Positions 44,616 to 55,833 of a stretch of DNA of 64,000 bases are shown one piece after another. The number at the start of each line of letters is the position of its first letter. Within the stretch, counting starts at the first letter, position 1. The notes below the pieces were generated by a model, which did no database searches, was not told where the DNA came from, and saw only the letters and a program-made list of their open reading frames with translations. Source of the DNA: Pseudomonadota bacterium (GTDB lineage Bacteria; Pseudomonadota; Gammaproteobacteria; Burkholderiales; JABEVD01); the NCBI GenBank assembly GCA_021835845.1, contig JAKBJU010000001.1, positions 12,908 to 76,907 of the forward strand. Direction: 5' to 3'. Both the position numbers and the translations under genes were made by a program.

Positions 44616-46739
44616 TTATTCGGCGACTGGTTCAGGCTTGTGTTCTTCCCTGGGCGGCTCCGGCAGTATCGCCTTCATCGAAAGGCGCAACCTGCCCTTC
44701 TCGTCGGCTTCCAGCACCTTGACCTTGACCTGCTGGCCTTCCTTGAGGTGGTCGGATACGGCATTCACCCGCTCGTGCGCGATCTGCGAAATGTGCAGCA
44801 GCCCATCCTTGCCAGGCAGGACTGCGACGATAGCGCCGAAGTCGAGCAGCTTCTGCACCACGCCGTCGTAGATCTTGCCGACTTCGACATCGGCCGTGAT
44901 GTCCTCGATGCGCTTCTTGGCAAGCTCGCCGCCCTGCGCGGTAACGCAGGCGATCGTCACCGTGCCGTCCTCGGCGATGTCGATCTGGGTCCCGGTCTCT
45001 TCCGTCAGGGCGCGGATCACCGAACCGCCCTTGCCGATCACGTCGCGGATCTTCTCCGGATTGATCTTGATCTTGATCATGCGCGGCGCATGGATCGACA
45101 TCTGCTCACGGGTCCCGCCCAGGGCGGATTTCATGATTCCGAGAATGTGCAGGCGGCCTTCCTTTGCCTGAGAGAGCGCGGCCTTCATGATCTCGCGGGT
45201 AATGCCGGTGATCTTGATGTCCATCTGCAGCGCGGTGATGCCGTTTTCGGATCCGGCCACCTTGAAATCCATGTCGCCGAGATGATCCTCGTCGCCCAGG
45301 ATGTCCGTCAGCACGGCAAAGCGGTTGCCTTCCTTGATGAGGCCCATCGCGATTCCGGCGACATGGGCCTTGAGCGGCACGCCCGCATCCATGAGGGAGA
45401 GGCACCCGCCGCAAACCGAGGCCATGGAACTGGAACCGTTCGATTCGGTGATTTCGGAAACGATCCTGATCGAATAGCCGAATTCATCCTGCTTCGGCAG
45501 CACGGCAGCCAGCGCGCGCTTGGCAAGACGCCCATGGCCGATTTCGCGGCGCTTGGGAGAGCCGACACGCCCGGTTTCCCCGGTCGCATAGGGCGGCATG
45601 TTGTAATGCAGCATGAAGCGTTCCGTGACTTCGCCCTGGAGCGCTTCGATAACCTGCGAATCCCGCTCGGTTCCCAGAGTCGCCACGACCAGCGCCTGGG
45701 TTTCCCCGCGGGTGAAGAGGGCGGAACCGTGCGTGCGCGGCAGCACGGAAGTCCTGATGGCAATCGGCCTGACGGTTCGTGTGTCGCGTCCGTCTATCCT
45801 GGGCTCGCCATTCAGAATCTGGTCGCGGACGATCTTCGCCTCGAGGTCGCTGAACAGGGTCTTGATGGTCTGTCCGCGGTCGGCATCGGAATCGGGATTG
45901 AGGGCTGCGAGCACTTCGTCCCTGATCGATCCGATCTTTTCGCTCCTCGCCTGCTTCTGTTTGACCGCATAGGCTTCCCGCAGGGCTTTCTCGGCCCTGG
46001 AGGCGACTTCGGCAATCAATGCCTCGTCCTTTTCCGGCGGATTCCAGTCCCAAGGTTCCGCGCCGACCGCCTCGCTCATCTCGTTGATCGCCGCGATCAC
46101 GGCCTGCATCTGGCTATGGCCGTACATCACCGCATCGAGCATCACTTCCTCGGAAAGCTGCAACGCTTCGGATTCGACCATCAATACTGCGGATTCCGTC
46201 CCGGCAACCACGAGGTTGAGTTCGGATTCGTTCAGTTCGGAAAGGGTGGGGTTGAGCACATACTGCCCGCCGATATAACCGACCCTCGCCGCCCCGATCG
46301 GCCCGTTGAAGGGAATGCCGGATATGGCGAGCGCAGCCGAAGTGCCTATCATCGCCAGGATATCGGCATCCACTTCGGGATTGGAAGACATCACGGTCGC
46401 CACCACCTGGACTTCGTTGTAGAAGCCTTCGGGAAAGAGGGGGCGGATCGGCCTGTCTATGAGGCGGGAAGTCAGCGTTTCCTTCTCGGTCGGTCTGCCT
46501 TCGCGCTTGAAATAGCCCCCTGGAATCTTACCCGCAGCATAGGTCTTTTCCATGTAGTCGACGGTGAGCGGCAGGAAATCCTGGCCGGGCTTGACCGATT
46601 TCGACCCCACGACGGTCGCCAGAACCACCGTGTCGTCCATGGTGACCATCACTGCCCCATGTGCCTGCCTTGCGATCTCTCCGGTTTCGAGAGTCAGCTG
46701 GTGGCGGCCATAAGCCACAGTTTTCTTGTAATGATTCAA
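44616..46739 (-). CDS. pnp: Polyribonucleotide nucleotidyltransferase
   Basis: 707 aa. Two RNase PH domains, KH and S1 domains. Confidence 0.96.
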   Translation of the reverse strand: MNHYKKTVAYGRHQLTLETGEIARQAHGAVMVTMDDTVVLATVVGSKSVKPGQDFLPLTVDYMEKTYAAGKIPGGYFKREGRPTEKETLTSRLIDRPIRPLFPEGFYNEVQVVATVMSSNPEVDADILAMIGTSAALAISGIPFNGPIGAARVGYIGGQYVLNPTLSELNESELNLVVAGTESAVLMVESEALQLSEEVMLDAVMYGHSQMQAVIAAINEMSEAVGAEPWDWNPPEKDEALIAEVASRAEKALREAYAVKQKQARSEKIGSIRDEVLAALNPDSDADRGQTIKTLFSDLEAKIVRDQILNGEPRIDGRDTRTVRPIAIRTSVLPRTHGSALFTRGETQALVVATLGTERDSQVIEALQGEVTERFMLHYNMPPYATGETGRVGSPKRREIGHGRLAKRALAAVLPKQDEFGYSIRIVSEITESNGSSSMASVCGGCLSLMDAGVPLKAHVAGIAMGLIKEGNRFAVLTDILGDEDHLGDMDFKVAGSENGITALQMDIKITGITREIMKAALSQAKEGRLHILGIMKSALGGTREQMSIHAPRMIKIKINPEKIRDVIGKGGSVIRALTEETGTQIDIAEDGTVTIACVTAQGGELAKKRIEDITADVEVGKIYDGVVQKLLDFGAIVAVLPGKDGLLHISQIAHERVNAVSDHLKEGQQVKVKVLEADEKGRLRLSMKAILPEPPREEHKPEPVAE

Positions 46740-46760
46740 GGTGCTATCCTTTGTAAAAAG

Positions 46761-47030
46761 TTACTTGCGCAGGCCGAGACGTTCGATCAGGGTCTTGTAG
46801 CTGTCCGCATTGACGCTCTTGAGATAATCCAGGAGCTTCCTGCGGCGGCTCACGAGGCGCAGCAGACCCCTGCGGGAATGGTGATCCTTGATGTGGGTCT
46901 TGAAATGCTCGGTCAGGTAATTGATCCTGGCCGTGAGCAGCGCGACCTGAACCTCGGGCGAACCCGTGTCGCTCCCTGCCCGCTGGTAATCCTTGACGAT
47001 CTGTGCTTTTTGCACGGTGCTGATAGACAT
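46761..47030 (-). CDS. rpsO: 30S ribosomal protein S15
   Basis: 89 aa. [29 protein letters not shown]. Confidence 0.95.
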   Translation of the reverse strand: MSISTVQKAQIVKDYQRAGSDTGSPEVQVALLTARINYLTEHFKTHIKDHHSRRGLLRLVSRRRKLLDYLKSVNADSYKTLIERLGLRK

Positions 47031-47083
47031 TGCCGCTTCTCCAAAATAAAGTTTCGTATTTTACCTTTTAAAAGGCGCATTCC

Positions 47084-47977
47084 TCAAGCAGAAATTGCCT
47101 GAAAATCCCCCGACATCATGCGTTTCGGCCTGATTTTCCCGTCTTCTCCCGCCTCCACGAGACCCAGGAACCGATTCCCGACATCGTACAGCCTGTAGAC
47201 TCCCTGCCCAGCACGAGCCTCCACCGCTCTTCCGCTCGTCAGGAATTGCGCAGCCTCCTCCCCGACGACCAGCTTTTCGAATTGCCCAAGCAGGGCGTCG
47301 CACGGAAGCAGCATGGCATCGCGATCCTCCCGTTTCCCGACTTCGTCCAGGGTGAAAGCCTCCCCGAGATCGAAAGGCCCTATCCCCGTCCTGACCAGCC
47401 CCTTCAGATGGGCGCCGCAGCCGAGCGCTTTCCCGATATCCTCGGCGAGCACCCTGACATAGGTTCCCTTGCTGCACCTGACAGTCAGGTGCAGCTCGTC
47501 GCCCGAAAAACTGTCCATCACGATATCGTGTATCGTCACGCACCTTTCCTGGCGAGCGATTTCCACTCCTGCCCGGATGTAGGCATAAAGCGGCTTGCCC
47601 TTGTGCTTCAGGGCGCTGTGCATGGGAGGAACCTGCCTGATTTCCCCCCTGAACTGTTCCAGTGCCGCTTCGACCTGCCGCGCATCGAGCGAGACATCGC
47701 GCCGCTCCAGAATTTCGCCTTCGGCATCGCCCGTGGCAGTCGTCTGCCCCAGCTTCAGGGCAGCGCGGTAGGTCTTGTCCGCATCGAGCATCATGGCCGA
47801 GAATTTCGTCGCCTCTCCGAAGCAGATCGGAAGCAGGCCGGAAGCCAGTGGATCCAGCGTTCCGGTATGCCCCGCCTTGGCGGCACAGAACAGTCTCCTG
47901 GCCATTTGCAGCGCCCCGTTCGAGCTCACCTCGAGCGGCTTGTCGAGCAAGAACACCCCGTCGATGCGGCGCCTCAT
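47084..47977 (-). CDS. truB: tRNA pseudouridine(55) synthase
   Basis: 297 aa. GVFLLDKP...SSN, KAGHTGTLDPLASGLLPICFGEATK. Confidence 0.93.
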   Translation of the reverse strand: MRRRIDGVFLLDKPLEVSSNGALQMARRLFCAAKAGHTGTLDPLASGLLPICFGEATKFSAMMLDADKTYRAALKLGQTTATGDAEGEILERRDVSLDARQVEAALEQFRGEIRQVPPMHSALKHKGKPLYAYIRAGVEIARQERCVTIHDIVMDSFSGDELHLTVRCSKGTYVRVLAEDIGKALGCGAHLKGLVRTGIGPFDLGEAFTLDEVGKREDRDAMLLPCDALLGQFEKLVVGEEAAQFLTSGRAVEARAGQGVYRLYDVGNRFLGLVEAGEDGKIRPKRMMSGDFQAISA

Positions 47978-47981
47978 CGAA

Positions 47982-48338
47982 TTACGATCCGCCCCCGACC
48001 GCCTCGTCGATCAGCCTGGAAAGATAGGCGCCCCGCTCGACGGAAGCGTCATACTCGAAATGGAGCTGGGGCACGACGCGCAATTTCAGCCTGTGGAAAA
48101 GCTGGCTGTGCAGGAACCCGGAGGCGCGCTGCAAGCCCTCGGCAATTTCGCCGCGGTCCTTTTCGGTTCCCAGAACCGTGTAGTACACTTTCGCATGCGA
48201 ATAATCGCGGCTCACCTCCACACCGGTGAGCGTCACCATGCCTATACGCGGATCCCTGACTTCGGTCCTCAGCAGATCGGCGAGGTCGCGCTGGATCTGC
48301 TGTGCGATGCGCTCTACCCTGGCGGAATCCTTGCCCAT
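47982..48338 (-). CDS. rbfA: Ribosome-binding factor A
   Basis: 118 aa. RVERIAQQIQRDLADLL..EVRDPR.G.VT...VEVS.D...AKVY. Confidence 0.92.
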   Translation of the reverse strand: MGKDSARVERIAQQIQRDLADLLRTEVRDPRIGMVTLTGVEVSRDYSHAKVYYTVLGTEKDRGEIAEGLQRASGFLHSQLFHRLKLRVVPQLHFEYDASVERGAYLSRLIDEAVGGGS

Positions 48339-50857
48339 CAGAGGGTGCGCGCAATCTCGACGATCTCGTACACTTCGAGCTTGTCGCCGACTTCTATCTC
48401 ATTGTAGTTCTTGAGGGAAAGACCGCATTCGAAGCCGGCCTTCACTTCCTTGACGTCGTCCTTGAAGCGCTTCAGCGAATCGAGCTCTCCGCTGTGGATG
48501 ACGACATCGTCCCTCAGCACGCGAACCATGGAACCGCGCTTGACGACACCCTCCAGCACATAGCACCCGGCCACTGCGCCGACTTTCGAAATCCTGAAAA
48601 CCTGCCTGATTTCGACGAGCCCGATGACGTTTTCCTTGCGCTCAGGAGCGAGCATGCCGGAGAGCGCAGCCCTGATTTCGTCCACCGCCTCGTAAATGAT
48701 GGTGTAATACCGCACGTCCACGCCTGCGGATGCAATCAGCTTTCTCGCCGTGACGTCGGCCCTGACGTTGAATCCCAGCACCACTGCATTCGATGCCAGG
48801 GCAAGATTGACGTCGGATTCGGTGATCGCGCCCACGCCGTTGTGGATGATGTTGACCTTGACCTCGTCCGTGGAAAGCTTCTCGAGAGAATAGGCCAACG
48901 CCTCGGCAGAGCCCTGCACGTCCGCCTTGACGATGATGCGCAGCGATTTGACCGCGTCTTCCGCCATCTGGTCGAACATGTTTTCGAGCTTGGAAGCCTG
49001 CTGCTTGGCGAGCTTGACGTCCCTGAATTTCCCCTGCCTGAAAAGCGCGATCTCGCGCGCCTTGCGCTCGTCGACCAGCACCATCGCATCCGCCCCTGCC
49101 GCAGGCACATCAGAAAGCCCCTGGATCTCGACCGGGATGGAAGGGCCGGCTTCCTGAATGGTCTTGCCGTTTTCGTCGAGCATGGCGCGCACGCGCCCGT
49201 AAACCGCGCCAGAAAGCAGAACGTCGCCGCGCTTCAAGGTACCCGACTGGACCAGAATCGTCGCGACCGGTCCCTTGCCCTTGTCCATCCGCGCTTCGAT
49301 CACGATGCCCTTTGCCGGAATATTCTTCGCGGCCTTCAACTCGAGCACTTCGGATTGAAGCAGGACGCTGTCCAGAAGGTCGTCCACGCCTTTTCCGGTC
49401 TTTGCGGAAACTTCGACGAACATGGTATCGCCGCCCCAGTCATCGGGCACCACGCCCTGGGCGACCAGTTCCTGCCTGACGCGCTCAGGATTCGCCTCCG
49501 GCTTGTCGATCTTGTTGACGGCAACGACAATCGGCACGTTGGCCGCCTTGGCATGATGGATCGCCTCGATGGTCTGCGGCATCACGCCGTCGTCGGCCCC
49601 GACCACGAGAATGACCACGTCCGTGACTTTCGAGCCCCGTGCACGCATTGCCGTGAAAGCTTCATGTCCCGGCGTATCCAGGAAAGTGATCATCCCCTTG
49701 GGAGTTTCGACATGATAGGCGCCGATGTGCTGGGTAATGCCGCCCGCTTCCCCGCTCGCAACGCGGCTCCTGCGGATGTAGTCGAGCAGGGAGGTTTTGC
49801 CGTGGTCCACATGGCCCATTACGGTTACCACGGGCGCGCGCGGCTCAAGTTCGGCCTCGTGCGACTGCATGGATTCGGTCAGATAGGCATCCGGCTCGTC
49901 GAGCTTGGCCGGTTTTGCGATATGCCCCAGCTCTTCCACCGCGACCATCGCGGTATCCTGGTCGAGCACCTGATTGATGGTCACCATGCTGCCGAGCTTC
50001 ATCAGAACCTTGATGACTTCAGCTGCCTTCACGTTCATTTTCTGGGCCAGAGCCGCGACGCTGATGGTTTCGGGAACCAGCACTTCACGCACGATCGGCT
50101 CGGTCGGCATGGAAAAGGCATGCTCTTCCTTGCGATGATTCTTGTGCTCCTTCTTCCCGCCACGCCAGCCCTGCGAAGCGCCCAGATCGCCCCGCACCTT
50201 CAGCCCGCCCTTCTTGACGCCTTCGTCTTTCCAAGCCGGCTTTGCACTCTTCTTGGCGCCCTTTTTCTCGCCTTTGTCTTCGGTGGCGGCAGGCTTGTGG
50301 AGCGTCCCCTCGACCTTGACCTCCTCGGCAGGCTTGGCTTCCGCCTGTTCGCGCTTCTGCAGCCTTCTTTCCTCCTTCTCGCGGAATTCGGCCGCCTGGC
50401 GCGCCGCAAGCTCGGCATTCTTTGCCGCCTCTTCCTGACGCAGCAGAAGCTGCTCTTCGTCGAGAACTCTCGGGGCAGCCACCTCGGCTACCGGAGCCGC
50501 AACGGGTACCGGCTCGGGCACTTCGATCTTGACAGGGGCCTCCTCCTGGACAGGCGCTTCCTCGCGCTTGACGAATACGCGCTTCTTCCTGACTTCGACT
50601 TGAATGGTTCGCGATTTCCCGCTGCTGTCCGCTTTCCTGATCTCGGATGTCTGGCGGCGGGTCAGGGTGATCTTGTTCTGGCCTTCGCCAGTGCCATGAG
50701 CGCGCCGCAAATAATCAAGCAGCCTGGTTTTGTCCTGCTCGCTCACGACATCGGAGAGCCTCTGCTTGTCCACACCCGCCGCCCGCAGCTGCTCGAGCAG
50801 CTGGGCGCCGGGCACGCCCAGTTCAGCGGCAAATTGCTCTACATTCATCTGTCCCAT
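48338..50857 (-). CDS. infB: Translation initiation factor IF-2
   Basis: 839 aa. GTPase core [29 protein letters not shown]. Confidence 0.95.
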   Translation of the reverse strand: MGQMNVEQFAAELGVPGAQLLEQLRAAGVDKQRLSDVVSEQDKTRLLDYLRRAHGTGEGQNKITLTRRQTSEIRKADSSGKSRTIQVEVRKKRVFVKREEAPVQEEAPVKIEVPEPVPVAAPVAEVAAPRVLDEEQLLLRQEEAAKNAELAARQAAEFREKEERRLQKREQAEAKPAEEVKVEGTLHKPAATEDKGEKKGAKKSAKPAWKDEGVKKGGLKVRGDLGASQGWRGGKKEHKNHRKEEHAFSMPTEPIVREVLVPETISVAALAQKMNVKAAEVIKVLMKLGSMVTINQVLDQDTAMVAVEELGHIAKPAKLDEPDAYLTESMQSHEAELEPRAPVVTVMGHVDHGKTSLLDYIRRSRVASGEAGGITQHIGAYHVETPKGMITFLDTPGHEAFTAMRARGSKVTDVVILVVGADDGVMPQTIEAIHHAKAANVPIVVAVNKIDKPEANPERVRQELVAQGVVPDDWGGDTMFVEVSAKTGKGVDDLLDSVLLQSEVLELKAAKNIPAKGIVIEARMDKGKGPVATILVQSGTLKRGDVLLSGAVYGRVRAMLDENGKTIQEAGPSIPVEIQGLSDVPAAGADAMVLVDERKAREIALFRQGKFRDVKLAKQQASKLENMFDQMAEDAVKSLRIIVKADVQGSAEALAYSLEKLSTDEVKVNIIHNGVGAITESDVNLALASNAVVLGFNVRADVTARKLIASAGVDVRYYTIIYEAVDEIRAALSGMLAPERKENVIGLVEIRQVFRISKVGAVAGCYVLEGVVKRGSMVRVLRDDVVIHSGELDSLKRFKDDVKEVKAGFECGLSLKNYNEIEVGDKLEVYEIVEIARTL

Positions 50858-50873
50858 TGATTTCCCTTACACC

Positions 50874-52346
50874 TCATTCAAACCATGGCGCACGCGCTGC
50901 CATGATCAACTGGGCCGCCCGCCCCTCGTCCATTTCGGTCAACTCGACCAGGTCGTCCACTGCGAGATCCGCGAGATCATCGCGGGTCGAAATGCCTTTT
51001 GCAGCCAGCAGCTTGGCAGTCTGCTCGTCCATTCCGTCGAGCGAAAGGAGATCGTCGGCGGCATGCTCGACCTTTTCCTCGCTCGCAATCGCTTCCGTCA
51101 GCAGGGCATTTCTTGCCCGGCTCCGGAGGGCGTTGACCGTATCCTCGTCGAAAGAATCGATCTCGAGCATTTCGTTGAGCGGCACATAAGCCACTTCCTC
51201 GAGCGTGCTGAACCCTTCCTGGACCAGGATATCGGCGACTTCCTCGTCGACATCCAGCTTTTCCATGAACAGCCCCCTGATCTCCAGGAATTCCTCCTGG
51301 TTCTTCCTGTCGGACTCCTCGACCGTCATGAGATTGATCTGCCATCCGGTCAGCTCCGTGGCAAGCCTCACGTTCTGGCCGCTTCGCCCGATCGCCTGGG
51401 CAAGCTGATCATCCTCGACGACGATGTCCATGCTGTGCGCTTCTTCGTCCACGACCACGCCGCTGATTTCGGCAGGGGCAAGCGCATTGATCACGAAAGT
51501 CGCCGGGTCCGCCGACCAGAGAATGATGTCGACGCGCTCGCCGGCAAGTTCGCCCGTCACGGCCTGAACACGGGAACCGCGCATGCCTACGCAGGTCCCG
51601 ATCGGATCGATGCGCTGATCATTCGATTTCACCGCGATCTTGGCACGCGACCCCGGATCCCTGGCCGCGGACACGATTTCGAGCATCCCCTCCTCGATCT
51701 CGGGAACCTCCAGCTCGAACAGCCGGACCAGAAATTCCGGCGCAATCCTGGAAAGGATCATCTGGGGGCCGCGCCCTCCCCTGTCGATCTTCAGGAGATA
51801 GGCGCGCACCCTGTCCCCCACCCGCAGATTTTCCTTCGGAATCATCTGCTCCCTGGGCAGAACGGCTTCTATCTTGCCGGCCTCGATGATCGCGTTGCCG
51901 CGCTCCATCCTCTTGATCGTGCCGCTGACCAGAAATTCCTTGCGCTCGAGAAAATCGGCAACGAGCTGTTCCCTTTCCGCATCCCGTATCTTCTGGACGA
52001 TCACCTGCTTTGCGCTCTGCGCGCCGATGCGACCGAACTCGATGGCATCAACCGGCTCTTCGATCACGTCGCCCACATCGAGGCTGGCGTCCCTTTGCTT
52101 CGCTTCGGACAGCCTGATCTGGCTCGGAGTGACCTCTTCGGCGTCGTCGGCCACGACTTCCCAGCACCGGAAAGAGGCGTAATTGCCGGATGCGCGATCG
52201 ATCTCCACCCTGACATCGACATCGTCGTGCAATTTCTTCTTGGTGGCCGCAGCCAAAGCCGCCTCAAGCGCTCCGAAAACGATATCCTTGTCGACATTTT
52301 TCTCGCGCGCCAGCGCATCGACCATCAACAACACTTCGCGACTCAT
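50874..52346 (-). CDS. nusA: Transcription termination/antitermination factor NusA
   Basis: 490 aa. S1, two KH domains and C-terminal acidic repeats. Confidence 0.95.
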   Translation of the reverse strand: MSREVLLMVDALAREKNVDKDIVFGALEAALAAATKKKLHDDVDVRVEIDRASGNYASFRCWEVVADDAEEVTPSQIRLSEAKQRDASLDVGDVIEEPVDAIEFGRIGAQSAKQVIVQKIRDAEREQLVADFLERKEFLVSGTIKRMERGNAIIEAGKIEAVLPREQMIPKENLRVGDRVRAYLLKIDRGGRGPQMILSRIAPEFLVRLFELEVPEIEEGMLEIVSAARDPGSRAKIAVKSNDQRIDPIGTCVGMRGSRVQAVTGELAGERVDIILWSADPATFVINALAPAEISGVVVDEEAHSMDIVVEDDQLAQAIGRSGQNVRLATELTGWQINLMTVEESDRKNQEEFLEIRGLFMEKLDVDEEVADILVQEGFSTLEEVAYVPLNEMLEIDSFDEDTVNALRSRARNALLTEAIASEEKVEHAADDLLSLDGMDEQTAKLLAAKGISTRDDLADLAVDDLVELTEMDEGRAAQLIMAARAPWFE

Positions 52347-52373
52347 TCACCCTCCAGCATAATCAAACCGCCA

Positions 52374-52805
52374 TTAATCAAAATCGGGAATCAGCCTTGC
52401 CTTGTCCACATCCGCAAGGTTCAGCAGAACGGGCTTTTCGTCGACCAGCAACTGAACCGCGCCGTCGTGCATTTCACCCAGAACACCCGAAAAAATCTTT
52501 CGCCCACCGAGGGGCGATCTCAACTTAATTCTAGCCCTGCATCCGGCAAACCGGACAAAATCCTTTTCCTTGTTGAGGGGCCGATCCATTCCCGGAGACG
52601 ACACCTCGAGTCTGTCGTAGTCGACATTCTCCACGGCAAAAACCCGGGAAAGGTGATTGCTGACCGCGGTACAGTCGTCTATGCTGATGCCGCCGGACTT
52701 GTCGATGAACACCCTCATCAACCTGCCGCGGTTGCCGATCTCCAGATCGACCAGCTCGTAACCCAGGCCGGACAGTGTTCCCTCCAGCAATGCACGCAGA
52801 TCCAT
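52374..52805 (-). CDS. rimP: Ribosome maturation factor RimP
   Basis: 143 aa from ATG 52805. GYELVDLE....GR.LRVFID. Confidence 0.9.
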   Translation of the reverse strand: MDLRALLEGTLSGLGYELVDLEIGNRGRLMRVFIDKSGGISIDDCTAVSNHLSRVFAVENVDYDRLEVSSPGMDRPLNKEKDFVRFAGCRARIKLRSPLGGRKIFSGVLGEMHDGAVQLLVDEKPVLLNLADVDKARLIPDFD

Positions 52806-52824
52806 AACGCCCCACAAACAAAAA

Positions 52825-52882
52825 ATGGGCTCACGGCCCATCAAATTCCTTGAATTCTACCAAAAAACCGAAATAATTGGAA
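52825..52882 (-). promoter_or_regulatory. rimP-nusA-infB promoter-like element plus leader hairpin with U-run
   Basis: Minus strand reads TTCCAA-N17-TAGAAT (52882-52854), then ATGGGC-cgtga-GCCCAT followed by TTTTTT (52841-52819), 14 nt before the rimP ATG. Confidence 0.5.
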
Positions 52883-52941
52883 GATTCAGGACGATACGAA
52901 ATCCGCCCCCGCCGATGCGCGGCCCGGCCAAGCGGCCGTGC

Positions 52942-53820
52942 TCAGGCTCGATCCCATGGCGCCCGCCCTGAAAACCGCTCCGCAATATAATCGACGAACG
53001 CCTTGATCCTGGCCGAGCGCCTCGCGCTTTCGAGGTACACGACATAGACGCCGAGCCCCGGAAAAGGATGATCGTCCAGCACGCTGCGCAATTTTCCGGA
53101 GCGCAGATCGTCTGCCACCAGAAACAGGGGCAGCATGGCGATTCCCTGGCCGGCGAGCGCAGCCAGTCGGATCATGTCGCCGCTGTTGGTTCTGAAATTG
53201 CCGCTGACCGGGATGTTTTCCAGCAACTGGGACGATGCATAGCTGTATTGCAGGCAATCGTGCGACTTCAGGTCCGCCGGGGTTTTCGGCAAACCCGACC
53301 TGCCGAGATAGGACTCAGACGCGCAAGCCACGACAGGAACCGTCATGAGGCGGCGCGCCACCAGGGATTCCTTCAGCTCGAATGCAATTCTCACTGCCAC
53401 ATCCACGCCTTCCTCGACGAATTCGATCACCTTGTCCGAGAAACTGAGGTCCAGCTGAAGCGCGGGATGGCGCGCGCAGAAATCGGGAATCATGGGCGCG
53501 ACATGGCGCAGCCCGAAGCTCTGCGGCAGACTGATGCGCAGCAAGCCCTTGGGCTGGGCATCGGCTTCGGCGGCGAGGCTTTCGGCTTCCTCGACATCGG
53601 AAAGAATCTGCCTGCACCGCTCGAAATAGGCGGATCCGGTTTCGGTGAGGGACAGCCTTCTGGTGGTGCGCTGCAGAAGGCGCGCACCGAGATGACTCTC
53701 AAGTTCGGAGACCAGCCGCGAAGCGGAGGTCGTCGATATACGCTGCTGTTCCGCTGCGCGGGCAAACGAGCCCGCCTCGACCACGGCGACAAAAGTCTGC
53801 ATTGCCGAAATCCTGTCCAT
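52942..53820 (-). CDS. LysR-family transcriptional regulator
   Basis: 292 aa. N-terminal HTH (MQTFVAVVEAGSFARAAEQQRISTTSASRLVSELE) and a substrate-binding domain. Confidence 0.88.
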   Translation of the reverse strand: MDRISAMQTFVAVVEAGSFARAAEQQRISTTSASRLVSELESHLGARLLQRTTRRLSLTETGSAYFERCRQILSDVEEAESLAAEADAQPKGLLRISLPQSFGLRHVAPMIPDFCARHPALQLDLSFSDKVIEFVEEGVDVAVRIAFELKESLVARRLMTVPVVACASESYLGRSGLPKTPADLKSHDCLQYSYASSQLLENIPVSGNFRTNSGDMIRLAALAGQGIAMLPLFLVADDLRSGKLRSVLDDHPFPGLGVYVVYLESARRSARIKAFVDYIAERFSGRAPWDRA

Positions 53821-53902
53821 ACATTATCCCGAAAATCGATACATTCCATCCCGTAAATGGAAGTTTATCCCGATTGGCAAAACTGGCACAATTCTTCTCA
53901 TC

Positions 53903-54685
53903 ATGACAGTCCAGCCTGCGCTTTTTTTGCCCCACGGGGCGCCCACCTTTGCATTGTCCCCGGGCCATGCCGGGGAAGCCATTCGGAAATTCGCGGCTTC
54001 CCTGGAGAAGCCCGAAGCCATTATCGTCGTCTCGGCGCACTGGAATACCGGCATCCCCATGTTCGGCGCCTCCCCAAACCCGCAGACCATCCATGATTTC
54101 TGGGGTTTCCCGGAAGAATTGTATGGCATCAATTACCCTGCGAAGGGATCTCCCGAGCTTGCGCGGCATGCCTCCAAGCTGCTCAACGAAGCCGGCATCG
54201 CAGCCGGGGTCGCCGAGAAACAGGGACTCGACCATGGCGCATGGATACCCTTGCGCATCCTCTATCCGGATGCAACGGTGCCCATCGTTCCATTGTCCCT
54301 GCAATACCGCAACACACCAGAGCACCATTATCACCTGGGGGAAGCGCTCTCTCCATTGAGGCGCGAGGGCATACTGATCGCGTCATCCGGAAATCTCACG
54401 CACAACCTGTCCCATTACCGGCAAGATGCCGCCGAGACGCCGCCTTACGTCTCCGAATTCATGGCATGGCTCAGGAAAATGCTGCAAGCGAAGGACATCG
54501 GCGCCTTGCTGAACTACCGCAAAATCGCGCCCGGCGCGCTGCAAGCGCACCCAACCGACGAGCACCTGCTTCCGCTTTTTGTCGCGCTGGGCACCGCAGG
54601 GGCGGATTTCAGAACCGAATTCATCTATGAAGGCGTTTATGACGGCTCGATCGCCATGGACGCCTTCGCCTTTCATTCAAACTGA
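53903..54685 (+). CDS. 4,5-DOPA dioxygenase extradiol-like (YgiD family)
   Basis: 260 aa. PALFLPHGAP, SAHW, GLDHGAW class III extradiol dioxygenase pattern. Divergent from the LysR gene. Confidence 0.85.
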   Translation: MTVQPALFLPHGAPTFALSPGHAGEAIRKFAASLEKPEAIIVVSAHWNTGIPMFGASPNPQTIHDFWGFPEELYGINYPAKGSPELARHASKLLNEAGIAAGVAEKQGLDHGAWIPLRILYPDATVPIVPLSLQYRNTPEHHYHLGEALSPLRREGILIASSGNLTHNLSHYRQDAAETPPYVSEFMAWLRKMLQAKDIGALLNYRKIAPGALQAHPTDEHLLPLFVALGTAGADFRTEFIYEGVYDGSIAMDAFAFHSN

Positions 54686-54694
54686 GGAGAAAAC

Positions 54695-55270
54695 ATGGCG
54701 AAAATAGCAGTTGTCTACCACAGCGGATACGGGCACACGGCGCGCCAGGCCGAAGCGGTCAAGAACGGCGCAGCCTCCGTTCCCGGCGTCCATGCCGCGC
54801 TCTATCCGGTGGCGGAAATCGACGAGGCAAAATGGGCCGAACTCGAAAAAGCTGACGCGATCATTTTCGGCGCGCCGACCTACATGGGCAGCCTTTCCGC
54901 ACCCTTCAAGGATTTCATGGACAAGAGCTCAAAAGTCTGGTTCTCGCAGGGGTGGAAAGACAAGATCGCGGCCGGCTTCACCAATTCGGCAAGCCAGAGC
55001 GGGGACAAGCTCAATTCACTGATCCAGCTTATGGTTTTCTCTCAGCAGCATTCGATGATCTGGGTCGGAACCGGGCTTCTGCCCGGGAACAACTCCAGCC
55101 AGGGATCGGTGAACGACCTCAACCGGCTGGGCAGCTCTTCGGGCGCGATGGCCCAGTCGAACGCCGACCAGGGAGCAGATGCGATGCTGGCATCAGACCT
55201 GGAAACCGCATCCCACTTGGGGGGGCGCGTTGCGGAAACAACCCTTCAATTCGTCAAGGGGCGCGCCTGA
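54695..55270 (+). CDS. NAD(P)H:quinone oxidoreductase / flavodoxin-like (WrbA family)
   Basis: 191 aa. KIAVVYHSGYGHT, GAPTYMG. Confidence 0.85.
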   Translation: MAKIAVVYHSGYGHTARQAEAVKNGAASVPGVHAALYPVAEIDEAKWAELEKADAIIFGAPTYMGSLSAPFKDFMDKSSKVWFSQGWKDKIAAGFTNSASQSGDKLNSLIQLMVFSQQHSMIWVGTGLLPGNNSSQGSVNDLNRLGSSSGAMAQSNADQGADAMLASDLETASHLGGRVAETTLQFVKGRA

Positions 55271-55794
55271 GCCAGTGACTCCGGAATGTTTTCGTCCGGA
55301 AGAGCGATGCGTCTTGCCAGGGTGAGGCGCCTGGCCCAATAGCTTTCGCCGAGATCCGAGATCACGACGCTCCCGGTTCTGGTGCTCGCGGCATGGATGA
55401 AGCGGTTGTCCCCGAGATAGATGCCGACATGCGAAATGCCGCGGCGCATGATGCGGAAAAAGACGAGATCGCCCGGCTTGAGCTCGGCGAGCTTGATGCG
55501 GTTTCCGATCAGGCTCATGGCTTTTGAGCTGTGCGGCAGGGATAGTCCTTCGACGTGGTCGAACACGTAGCGCACGAATCCGCTGCAATCGAAGCCGGTC
55601 TCCGGACGGGTTCCGCCCCTGCGGTAGGCGACTCCCGCCTGGCTGACGGCGTAATCCAGGAGGCCGCGCACCGAATCGGGAAGCCCTTTCAGGAGCGCTT
55701 CGCCTTCTGCAGCATAGGACATCCCGGCGTCACCCGCATGGACTATCCCGCTGAAAAGCAGCGCAAAAAAGAATAACAGCACCCTCGAAGTCAT
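55246..55794 (-). CDS. NlpC/P60 family peptidoglycan endopeptidase
   Basis: 182 aa. Signal peptide, DCSGFVRYVF catalytic Cys, H...GIY. Confidence 0.85.
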   Translation of the reverse strand: MTSRVLLFFFALLFSGIVHAGDAGMSYAAEGEALLKGLPDSVRGLLDYAVSQAGVAYRRGGTRPETGFDCSGFVRYVFDHVEGLSLPHSSKAMSLIGNRIKLAELKPGDLVFFRIMRRGISHVGIYLGDNRFIHAASTRTGSVVISDLGESYWARRLTLARRIALPDENIPESLAQARPLTN

Positions 55795-55833
55795 GGGCGG
55801 AGTTTAAGAGGCTTTTTCGCCTCTGTAAAGTCC

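Noticed and set aside
44538-47102. 854-aa plus-strand ORF
   Set aside because: It is antisense to pnp and rpsO, has no recognisable domain, and has a shadow-frame composition.
48302-52853. 852-aa and 707-aa plus-strand ORFs
   Set aside because: They are antisense to infB, nusA and rimP, which are unmistakable. They are shadow ORFs.
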